From Chiloscyllium plagiosum (taxonomy: Eukaryota): a stretch of DNA of 64,000 bases. Below the pieces are notes generated by a model. The model was not told the DNA's origin and searched no databases. It saw only the letters and a list, made by a program, of their open reading frames with translations. Location of the stretch: the NCBI RefSeq assembly GCF_004010195.1, contig NC_057751.1, forward strand, positions 5,573,223-5,637,222, given 5' to 3'. Positions 1-11,800 of the stretch are shown here, in pieces. The position numbers were made by a program, and so were the translations under genes. Numbering within the stretch: position 1 is the first letter of the stretch; every line of letters begins with the position of its first letter.

Positions 1-716
1 CTTGAATACAAATCCAGCTTCTGCCACGGTGGGATGTGAACCTGGGTATCTGGTTTAACAGTCTAATGGTAATACCATTGGGTCTTCACCTCCACTTAAA
101 CTGAATAGAAGAAATGGTTCATCCAACCGTGGGGTTGGGGGTCGAAGCCAGGTCTCTCAGCACTGTGAATCAGTTTGCCTCACCTTTCTCTCTTCATTGT
201 AACTGCAAGGTGTGATATTGGGGGTCATTTTTTAAACCCTGATAAAACTGATATTTCTGTGATAATTTACTGGTGCAGCACTCGTGTCTATTATTGATCA
301 TACTGTCCGAATCAATTAACGTGCTGCTGTGCTCCCAATGGGGAGCTTTGTGCTGGAGGTCTGGGCCAGATTCATGACTTAAAATGAAATTTCTTGGTGT
401 TCACTGTACCACTGTGTTACAAATTCACCCTCCAACCATGGACCAACAAGCAGCTGCTTTACTCTCCCATCAACTCAATTTGTTGGGGGAAAAATAAATC
501 TTAAATTTATGAGAGTTTGCACAATTCATATGTTATCACTATCCAAACCTGTAATCTTTCACAGTGAACTACTGCAATGTTTAAAATAACTTGGCAGCAA
601 TGATGGAGAAGATTTAAATATCTTCAAATAAAACAAGAACTTCTCTGCCAACCTTCAGCAATGGAGATGAAGACACAATACAAATCTTATTTTAAGATAT
701 ATGCATCAAAACATTA

Positions 717-722
717 TTTATT
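717..722 (-). promoter_or_regulatory. Candidate distal polyadenylation signal (AATAAA)
   Basis: Minus-strand AATAAA followed by a U/GU-rich stretch (tttgtattgtgtctt) 30-50 nt downstream. Confidence 0.45.
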
Positions 723-3700
723 GGGAAAATGATCACTTGGATACATTACAATGTAAAGTATAGATACAACGTCATAATTGGCAATCCCCCTTTTAGTCAC
801 TAGAATCTGTACAAAAATAGTCTGCTTTGATTTGTAGCTTTACTCTGGTCAGTAATGCTTCAAACATTCACTCTTCTGCACTACTTAATGTCAACAAGCA
901 TGCCAATAAGTACTGTGACTGCAGAGAATAGGGGCTGGGGCATCTCTCCTTTAGCGGGAGTTGCACAGGACTGTAGGACTCTTTTTACAACAAAACCTAT
1001 CCTTGGCAGGCAGGCCATGGTGGTTTGGAGTGGGGTGGGGTTCTCGCAGGTCACCTGGCCACGCCCCTCTTCCAATTCTGGAAATACAGAACGCAGAAGA
1101 AGGGCTTTGCCAAACAGTGCCACAAGAAGGGTGATCACTTGTACATTCAACCAGGAACACGACCTCTTCAAGGAGAAAGGGAAGCCAAACAAACAAAGTG
1201 CATTCTAAAAGCTCGATCTGGAGAATACACAAGCAGCATCCATGTGGATAAGCAGAAATAAAACATGTCACTGACACATTGTCTGGATAAGGCAGAGAGA
1301 AAGTGAGTGAGAGAGAGAGAGAAATAATATAGGTAGTAGAATTTTAAAATCTCACAGCCAAGTCAAAGCCTCCTGAAGAGGGTTTCACAATTGCTGTCCT
1401 GGTTCTGCCACAATCCCAGTACTGTACAGAATTTGTTTCTTGTGCTGCTCATGATAAACCCTTTACTTTAATTAATATCCAATGATTTTATTTTAATCCA
1501 GAGCACCTCCCTTGGTAAAGGTTTTTGAAGAGTGCACATACAACATACATCACACAATGTATACTAGAATCACACAATACTGCAGCTGGAATAACTACAA
1601 GTCACAACAGCATATTCTGATTGGATACAAATACAAAAGCAAAGGGAGATAAGACTGACCTTCAAGAGATCTACTTGCGAACCCACAATGATTTGAAACT
1701 ACAGTAGCAGAGGTTGCATAGGTTTGCAACACATGAACCTCCAATGAAACCTCAGGTTGGAGAAAACATTTTAGCAGGCAATTCAAATGTACATGATTTC
1801 AGTTGGAGTTAGAAAAACAACATTACTTCTGTTGTAAGCAAAACAAATGAGGAATAAAGTGCAGGTTATAAAAATGTGACTTCAGGTTACAATAATAAAG
1901 ACATTGACAAGAACAAGAAAAATGCAGCTGAGTGCAGTTATTAGAAGGAACATAAATAAATCACAGCAGGAACTTGAATTAATTATTGAAACAAAATAAG
2001 TGAGTACAGATTGGTTTCAAATGGCTGGAAGCTGGGTACTGAAGAAGAATCAACGCAAACGAACAGCTACAGAATGAAGCCGTTTGAATATTGTCACATT
2101 ATTAACTCATGGAACTTTTCATTTTATAATCAAGATTGATGTCAAAAGTCATTTTTACTTTCAAAGCAAGACCAAATTTATAAAGGCTTTTTCACCACTA
2201 TTTATAGATTCAAGGCCCATTTCTTGCCAGCTCTCTTTGTGGCAGATTTTAGTTTTTTGCAGTGTGCCAGCAAGAAGCAGATCAGCAGAATTTGCTACTA
2301 TGTGCATGACAGATTTCACACAAAATACCTTGGCTTTCCTTCCAGTGCACCCATGGCAAGGTGAGAGAGTCGAAGAAAAGCAATATGAGTTTGAGAGTAT
2401 TGGCTTGCATTCCCAAGCCAATGTGGATCTTACTCGCATCAGCAAGATTTGGCAGACGGCAAATCCAGCAAGATACTACCAGATTGGCTCTCTGTTCCGC
2501 CTTGGCCGTTGCTGCCCAGTGAAATTGGAGCAAGACACTCATCTATGTTAGGGTAGCAATGAGGGTGATGAATTACTATCAACTTTGGCCTACATAACGC
2601 AGACTGAAATAGCCTCATCGCCTCATCAGCAGAACCCCTGATCTTTGGCTACTAATGGTTCTGCTCATGAAGTTTATAGTCAATATCCACCATTGGGTCA
2701 CCATGTAAGGTGCACAGCAGTACTTCACATCCCTGTGTGCAGGAATTGCTCCCGAGATCTGACAAGCCAACTTCACTGGATGCATTGCAATGACAAAAGA
2801 GCATTAAAAACAGTTCCTTTCCAATATCTCTCAAAGCATGGTTCAAGTCACTTGAACTGGAGAGAATTTCAGTCACTGCACAATACTGACCCAATTACAA
2901 ATGCTCAATTTTGACCAGATCATTGGGACCACATTTTGTTTTTCTCTCCAAGTCAATTTTACCTGTAAACTCAATTTTGGCAGTGAGTGAGAATAAACAC
3001 AATATAATTCGTCACTGGAAGAGGAAAATGTTGCACAGAACTGGCAATGCTTCCAATTGTTTCATCACATGTTTATCAGATGCTGAAGATTCGTTCAGAC
3101 TTTGCAATCCAGGAATATCTCTGTGCCATCGCTTAGTTAGGTGTATGTGGGTATGGACGGGAAAGTGAGGTTATGGGAATTCAGTACAGTACACAGAGTG
3201 GAACTATGAAAGGCGAACAACAAAAAAAGGAGATATTGGAAAGCTAAGTCAGACATGTTACTGCTTACGAAATTCATCTCGTCTTTCAAAATGACACAAA
3301 TGGAATTCAAGTTGAATATACTGACATGCACATATTACTTATCCCACTTTGTCTGATAATACAATAATCTTTATTAACATGTTGACATATGCAATGTACT
3401 TGCCTTTGTCATATTTGTCAGGTGAGAACATCAGGAAGATCCTTCATCATCCCCAGACTTCCTAAACAAAGGCCATAACACTACAGGACCCAAGAGGCAG
3501 ATCCAAGAGGTGATCTTGATAACGAATGGTAAAGAGAACATTCTATGAGATATACCTGGACTCAGCATGGCTCCCAAAAGGTAAGGCTAATTGCGACTAC
3601 TCACCACGCTACTGTACAAGAGGATAGCATAACTATGGTAGCCATTACATTCTCAAGATTGGCTGAAAGCTTGGATAACATGCAACTTTACAAATTGTTA

Positions 3701-6700
3701 ATTTAATACATGGCATTTGGAACTGGTCCAAATCAAACAAATTGTAATTCATCAATATGGTTCAGCTGAGAAGCAAGTTCCTTTTGGTGTCCCCAAGAAT
3801 CAGTGTCAAGCTGCCTTGAGTTTATAGCTTTTAGGAATTAACTAGACAGCAGCATTGGGAATATGATGGTAAGGTTGTCAATTACACCCATCCGAACATG
3901 ATTTGAAGACAGCAGAGAAGCACTGCATAATGCAAAGAGATCTAGATGAGGCAAGGAAAGTCAGTCAGACAACAGCAAATGTAATTGAAGCTCAGCTATT
4001 GTGGTGACATGTATGTTGGTGGGCCAAGTGTTGAGTATGTTCATCACTAATGAGGAACAGTGCTGAAAGTGGTCATGAGAGATAAGAGGTGGAGATTCAA
4101 TTGTGCACTGACCAGGCACGTTTCATAGCCCATACAGAGAATCACGCTGAAACACGATACTGGGTTAGACAAATGAAACCATTCAGCAGAAACCAAAGTT
4201 GGCTACTGAATTAATTGTACATGCCCTTGATTAGACTGCATCTGTCATGATGTGCCTAGATTGGTCCCTTCAACTGTGGGTCATTTCAGAAAAATTACAA
4301 GGAAACAGCTCAGAATGACTCTGTGCATGAACAATGTCAGTTGCTTCCACAGACTGAAAAAAACTGGGTGTATTTACTGTCAAGTAGCAGAGTCTTTAAG
4401 CCTTCCTGATGTTTGTTTTCAGCTCTTTCATTGGTTATAGGCATTGCTTGTATTGAATATTTATTGCCCACCCCGAATCTCCCAGAAAGCAGTTAAGAGT
4501 CAACCCCACTTCAGTGATCCACATGAGGATCCTTGAAGCAAGGTAGGTACTGCAAAGCCTGGGGCACATTATTGCGCCCACCAATCCCATGTTTATTCAA
4601 TCCCTTCTCTCTTTTCCTCCCCTTCCTGATATGTTACTGCTGCACGGGTTGGGGGTCTGTTTAACTTTGTTTGCTTGTCAGTTGTTTTGCGAGGCAGTGT
4701 GATGCCAACAATGTGGGCTCCATTTCTACACCGGCTGAGGTTACCATGTACGACTGTCCTTCTCAATCTCTCTTCTTGCCTGAGGTGTGATGGCCCTCAG
4801 ATTAAATCACCACCAGTCGCCTCTCTCTGATGACAGGGCAGCCCTTTGGTCAGGTAAGACTCTGGTGACTTGAATTAACTTGATTGTTGCACTGCCCCTG
4901 ATGGACACTGCTTGTAACCAATTTTTTAAATTGGTCGAGTGGGTGATTTGGTGATGAGTCTTCCAAAAAGAAACAAAGGAGGGACTTGCAAACATCATGT
5001 GTAGGGCAGGCTTGATGGAGAAGTTGGTATGTTTCCCTGCAAGAGTTGGAGATATGTGTCACAACAGTCGGGTCTCATCCCCACCTGACCATTCAAAGCT
5101 GACATATCCAACCATGACATTCTGGTTACATCATTTCTCCTTCTTTCAACCTGTCCTGTGCTTTGAGCATTGAGCTTGGAGTGCCATTGCCATATTTAGA
5201 ACATGTCAATCAAGGTTAACTTCTCATTGTTTGAAATGAGGCTGAGTGAATAACTATTAATACTAGAATTCCATTAACGCTGCTCTCAGCTAACTATAAA
5301 CGGGGTCACTTTGAGGTCACGACAGAAGAATGAAGAAGATTCCAGTTTCTTTATTCTGACCAGGAAAACAGAACTGTCTATAATTTCTCATTTTGCAGAA
5401 CAATCTGAGGAATGCACTAAGTGGCAGAAAACAATGTCTCACACCAATAGGCATACAGTCGACACTTGTTACAGTCACAGGGAAAACTCAACTCAGAATG
5501 GAATTCTTCTGGTGATTAAAGTTTCTTCCATACTTCAATGAATATGCAGCTCCCATGATCACAGCACAAGTCTGAACTGCTAAAGGTGTTCACAGCTAAA
5601 GGTTCACACTGATCAGGAGGTCGACACCAACAAGTTTGACATTTTGACTCCCCGTGTACCATTCCACACCCTCTACAGCGGGGACCAATAATGAATCATA
5701 CACGCCAGAATATAGCCCAATAATTACATTAACCCAGGAAAACATCACTCCACGCACATTGCTTCCCTGATACTGAGGCATGCTTTGAACAGCCTCCAAC
5801 CCAAGTTTCTTTGCCCAGTCAGCTTTAATGACGAGCAGAAGCATTAGACGAGCTGAAAAATGCCACTGAAAATAGCCAATGATCTCTTCATTCCTCTTGT
5901 AGTTCCTAGATATTAAACACTCTCAGCTGAAGAACTACAGGAAGAAAATGGGACTGTTCAGATTCACACAGGAAGTTCGTACACAATGTTCACTACTAAC
6001 ATAACTAATTACTTAAACTCAGCTGCATTGCTACACATCTCACTGAACTTCTGGCCACTGCCAATCTCTTGGTTTAAAACCATTTCCTTTCCTGAACACA
6101 AAGTTGTTGACAGAGAGGAGAAAGACAGTTAAAACAAATACACCAATTCTTCCCTTCACCCGTAAAATGAAAAAAAAGGATTTAAATGTCAAAGCCAGGT
6201 GAACATTGAGTTTTCCTCTGAAGAATCAACTTCCATCTCATGACTTAACCATTACTAGTGAAACTAAGTATGAATCAATCATCAAATCTAATGCACTCCT
6301 TGGGCATCAGCCTGATTCTGCTCCTCCAATGTAATTCCCCTTCACGGAGTTACTTCACATAACACTCAATTGTTAATCAAGGCCCAACGGGAGATCGAAA
6401 GTTGAAAAATAGGCTCCTCATGCACACTGCATCAATCCATTTCCTCAGGTCCGACTTAGCAATCATTTCCAATAAATTAACATTAGCTTCACAGGCATCA
6501 GTCACTCATTGGCTGAAGATCAAACAAGACCTGCACCTTTTTGAAAGATGCAAGTGCAAAATTAGATTGCAAACTGTTTCTGCTGATGTGATTACATCAA
6601 GGACAATGTTTACAGTGCCCAAGTCTACTTTCACAACATGGCCTTCTGAAATTCTGTCTTGCATTCAGGGAATACTTTCTGTCAATCCATCAATTTCTAA

Positions 6701-9044
6701 TGTGTAACAATGACTTCGAGTAAACAAATACTGCAAATTGCCTTGATTATGATAGATCTTTTGTGGATTTAAGACTGATCTGCTCGATTGGATGTATCAC
6801 TGGATGGAGCACAATGCAGCCAACTCGAGACCATCCCCTTTAATTCAAACTCTCTCTGCTACTCGATGGAAATATCACTATTATTTGTACCAGTCCCTCA
6901 GATTCAACTCCAGTGGAACTCCAATGAGCCCACGTGCCCTTGTCCTGGTCTACAGCTGGATGAGGGAGCAGGAGCAATCACATACAGTTTTCCGGCAAAA
7001 ACAGGCGAACAATACACATGAAAGAAAGAATGCAACATGGCTGGACATTTTCTTTTTGATCAATTCCTAATTGCCAAAAAATGTACATTTTTTGTCTCCA
7101 GAGAGCCAATTAAATCTTTTGATGCAAACCCAATGTATGGCTTTGGTTAACTTGTTCGAATTTTAATAAGATGACTGGGAAAATCCATTCTGCCCAAGAT
7201 CTATTTATTGCCTGCTAATTTCCATTTTGTTGTGGTGTCACATGAATCCTGCAAGTTTCAGAAATTAGAGTCAGGTGACAGTTCAGTGCTGGAAGCAATG
7301 CGGAAGACTCCAAGTTCCTGAGCAGGAATTAGTGCAATTTGGATCCAAAACAGAGTAGCTGTGCAAAGTGGGAATCTGGTGTCTCTGTGTCTCTCCACCA
7401 GAAGGAACTCTTATGGAATCATTGGGACATTCAAACATATTAGTTCACCAAAGATCCACCAAAAAGATTTGAATCTTCGAACAGTACAGAACTGAAGGAG
7501 ACCATTCAGCCCATTGACGCTGTGCCAGCTCTTACCAAAAACAATCGAGTTAGCCCCAATCGCCTTTGCTTGACTTGTATGATTCATTGTTTTGCTCCTT
7601 CAAGGCCATGAATGAATGCGTTGCCTCTTGCCTCCCTGACATTACCATGCTTTTTGAACAATGAAGCAAAGATGTACATCAGTGTCAAACAGTTAGCTTT
7701 CCTTCCCTGCCTTGGAAAACAATACCCAGTGTACTTAAAGTAGGAAATCCTATTCAGAGTAAACCACCTCCTGCTACCCCAGAAAAATTTTGCAGAGGGA
7801 CAAAACTCTTCATAAAGAAGCACTGTAAGTGAGTAAATTACATGATAATAAGACTCGTAGTTTGCATCTCAATCCTTGGGTAGCATTTTCAACTTTGTCA
7901 AAACATTATGATTAGGACACTCGTCACTTTTAGATAATAATGCAGCCAAACTTGCAATCACTGACAGGGTGTCTTCACAATGTGATTGAAGCTGTGCTTA
8001 ATTTCTGACAATGCTTCACCTCAAGCCACTCAATTTACAGCAAACTCAACTTCCCTTTTTACAAGTCACAGGATCCCATTGCCTTGAAATCAATCCTACA
8101 TCAATAAACGTCAGAAATCTAATTTTCAATTCACAAAAGCCAAACTGCAGATCCATATCACAGTGCATTGTTACTGGTGTGAGGACTATCTGATTCAAAG
8201 CAGTTATGTGCTATCAGAAACAAATGAACACGAAGGGTGTGCAGGAAGGCAACAAAACAGCATTCAGAATATTTCACACTGAAACATCAGTTCATCCTCT
8301 TTCTTTAAGATTCCAGTTTGCCTGTCAAGAAATGAACTCAGCAGAGAAGTTGTTTGGATCCAAGTGTCACAGCATTACATGGAACTGCAGATCTTAACCT
8401 CCACAACTACATTGTAAAATCTGATTTTGGCAGCTCTGAACCATAATAAAAAGTGCATCAGGAATAGTTTCCAATTTCCTCAAAGTGAGACAGTGCTTTA
8501 AAATGCTGACTGCAATACTTTCCAAGTGTGCAAGGATGCGCATACCTACTTACTTCAGGGTTTGCTATTGCAACCAAACAGTACAGACTTTGTTTATGAG
8601 GACAAGAGAAACACAGAGAGACTCAAAAGAAAGAGAGGGATAGACTTTGAATGACTTATTTAACAGTGCTTAATAATTTCACTAAAAGAAAGAGCTTGAT
8701 TTAACAGTGATCTGTAAACTGAAACAAGTCATTGCACAATTGGCCTTTACTGTAACACTGATGAGTTTTCAACATATATTGCTCAAATCTTCTTGTCCAG
8801 TGTAGATATAATTCAAGTAACACATCTCAGTTCAAAAATCTTACTTATCTAACTTGAATGACTTTTAAAGACAGCCTTGGAAAGGAAAGAGACAGTGAAA
8901 AGATTGAATGACCTTTCCCTGTTCTGTCCATTCCTGGTTTCTTTTTTTAGCTGAAGTAAGTGATTTAATGGAATGTTAGAGGACAAAACGTTTTCTTATC
9001 AACTTTCGGACCTTATGTAGCTCCAGTCCTGTATATTGTTTTTG

Positions 9045-9050
9045 TTTATT
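9045..9050 (-). promoter_or_regulatory. Candidate proximal polyadenylation signal (AATAAA) for AAK1
   Basis: First minus-strand AATAAA I found after the stop codon, about 640 nt downstream. Confidence 0.35.
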
Positions 9051-9687
9051 CACTGGTGCCAAGCTATCAAGACAATCAATCATCAGACAGATTACCAGGG
9101 TTTTCCATCCTCACACAGAAAATAAATCATGCCCTAAATCCAACATAACCTTTGGGACAAGTCTCAAGTCATGCTAATTTCAATTTTTTTTCTGATGTCA
9201 AAAGGTTCCATTTCCTCATGAATGTTAGTCAGGGGCAATGTAACTTCTCTTTAAAATGCAAACCTACAAGTCTTCAGTGTCAAATGCTCCAAAACTCAAC
9301 AAAGTTGTCAACGTTTGTCACATCATTTCTAGAAACAATCAGACTTTGCTCATGTGCATAAACTATCACATAAACTGTTGATATTGGCAGTTCCACAGTA
9401 ATCTGGAGCTTTGCGATGTGACAATCTAACCTCAAATTAGTGCAACAGTTTTCTTTCATCCTCATTGCAGTTCTGCCAAAAATGTCAAGAACGAATCTAT
9501 TTTAATCATGGAAAAATGTCAGAAAGGACATGCTGGTTAAATAGGACACAACAGTAAATAAGACAAGAAAATGGAAATGTAGCTCAGTTCCTCAGTTAGT
9601 AAAGCCCTCGTCACAGGTTGCACGGAAAATCCAATGGGAGATGGAAATGTTGATGCAGAGGACTGCTGAACTTAACGTTGTGCCATC

Positions 9688-9782
9688 CTACAGGTCTATC
9701 AGTTGATCCACAAGCAGTAAAGACCTAGCTAAGTTGGGAAGACTGGATTCAGAGCTCCCACTGTTGTTTCTAGAGTGGCCAC
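9688..9782 (-). CDS. AAK1: AAK1 terminal coding exon W16, [31 protein letters not shown]
   Basis: Acceptor cccttccag; TAG at 9688-9690; the C-terminus matches long-form AAK1 and distinguishes it from BMP2K. Confidence 0.96.
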
Positions 9783-10119
9783 CTGGAAGGGCAAGACAAA
9801 TTGATTTACATCAGGGTGCAAAGAATTAACATCATGAGATAAACAAAATGCCAGAAAATACACAATGGGGGGAAAAGGTGAAGCAAATTTCTAACAAGCT
9901 TATTTCATGTGATGCTGCATGAGTGGTGTTAAAACCAAGTGTAGTCTGAAGTTGGATTCAATGTGTGAAGGTTAAATGAAGCAAGCTTAGCAGACATAAT
10001 TTCACAACATGGAGTGAATTGTAAGTTCTGTCCTTATTGTTGCATTGCTGTTTGAAGTAACCACCATTCACATCAACAATGCAATCTCTTCTCTGTGAGC
10101 TGGTCGCAATGCAAATGCA

Positions 10120-11800
10120 CCCATGCCCTTCACCTCCTCCAAGACTTTCACTTCTCCAGCCCCCAATGCTTCATCTTCACCATGGACATCCAGTCCCTGT
10201 ACACATCAATCCGCCATGATGAAGGACTCCAAGCCCTCCGTCTCTTCCTCTCATGCTGTCCCAACCAGTCCCCTTTCACTGACACCCTCCTCCACCTAGC
10301 TAAACTGGTCCTCACCCTCAACAACGTCTCCTTCCAATCCTCCCACTTCCTCCAGACCAAAATGGTAGCCATGGGCACCAGTTATGCCTGTCTCTTTATT
10401 GGATACGTGGAACAGTCCATTTTCCGCAGTTACATCAGCACCACCCCCCACCTGCTCCTCCGCTACATCGATGACTGTATCAGCATTGCCTCATGCTCCC
10501 ATGAGGAGATTGAACAGTTCCACCCTTTACCAACACCTTCCACCTTGACCTCAAATTCACCTGAACCATCTCAGACACCTCCCTCCCCTTCCTGGACCTC
10601 TCCACCTCCATCTCCGGCAACCGACTAACCACAGACATCGACTACAAGCCCACCGACTCTCACAGCAACCTGGATTACACCTCGTCCCACCCTAGCTCCT
10701 GTAAAAACACAATCCCTTATTCCCAATTCCTCCGTCGCATCTGTTCCCAGGATGACCAATTCCACCTCAGAAAGTCCCAGATGGCCTCCTTCTTCCATGG
10801 TCACAACTTCCCTTCCCATGTGGTTGACGATGCCGTCCAGCGCATCTTCTCCACTTCACACACCACCGCCCTTGAACCCCACCCCTCCCAATGCAACAAG
10901 GACAGAACCCTCCCTGGTCCTCACCTTCCATCCCACCAACCTGCGCATACATTACGTCATCCTCTGCCACTTCCGCCCCCTCCAAATGGACCCCATCACC
11001 AAGATATATTTCCCTCCCCATCCCATCAGCGTTCTGGAAAGACCATTCCCTCCATGACTCCCTCGTCAGGTCCACACCCCCCAGCAGACCACACCCCACT
11101 CCTGGCACCTTTCCCTGTCACCGCAGGAAGTACAAAACCTGCGCCCACGCCATTCCCCTCACCTCCGTCCAAAGTCCCATGGGATCGTTTCACATCCATC
11201 AGAGATTTACCTGTGCCTCTACCAATGTCATCTACTGCATCTGTTGCACTCGGTGTTGTCTCCTCTACATCAGGGAGACAGAACGCCTTCTTGCGGATCG
11301 TTTCAGAGAACATCTCTGGGACACTCGCACCCACCAACCCCACCGCCCTGTGGGTGAACACTCCAACTCCCATTCCCATTCCGCCCAAGACATGCAGGCC
11401 CTGGGTCTCCTCCACTGCCAAACCCTAACCACCCGACGCGCGGTGGAGGAACAACTCATATTTCGCCTTGGGACCCTCCAACCACAAGGGATAAATGTGG
11501 ATTTCAACAGCTTCCTCATTTCCCCTCCCCCCCAATTATCCCAGTCCTAAGCCTCCAACTCAGCACCACCCTCCGGATCTGTCCATCACTCTCCTCTTTG
11601 ACTACCACCTTCTCCCTCACCTTCATCCACCTATTGCTTTCTCAGCTTCCCTTCCCCCCAAACCCCACCCCCTCCCATTTATCTCTCAGCCCCGACCCAT
11701 AAGCCTCATTCTTGAAGGGCATATGCCCGAAATGCCAATTCTTCTGCTCCTCAGATGCTGCCTGACCTACTGTGCTTTTCCAGCAATACACTCTTGACCA
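10120..11800 (+). mobile_element. 5'-truncated, frameshifted Penelope-like retroelement (RT plus GIY-YIG endonuclease)
   Basis: ORF 10095..10628 has MDIQSLYTSI, VAMGT and LRYIDD RT motifs; ORF 10891..11550 has NVIYCICC..LLYIRET..RFREH..EEQLIFRLGTLQPQGIN (GIY-YIG); imperfect direct repeat caatg(c/t)aaatgca at 10107-10119 and 11801-11813. Confidence 0.9.

Noticed and set aside
2084..2551. 155-aa plus-strand ORF
   Set aside because: Non-ATG start, no recognisable domain or exon structure
1..9687. A large BMP2K-C-like extension exon, as I recall being predicted downstream of AAK1 in some vertebrates
   Set aside because: No long acidic or D-x-F-x-x-A-P-F-rich minus-strand ORF found; it may lie left of the window
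10625..11797. Many Pro/His/Ser-rich overlapping ORFs
   Set aside because: By-products of the C-rich, frameshifted Penelope-like element
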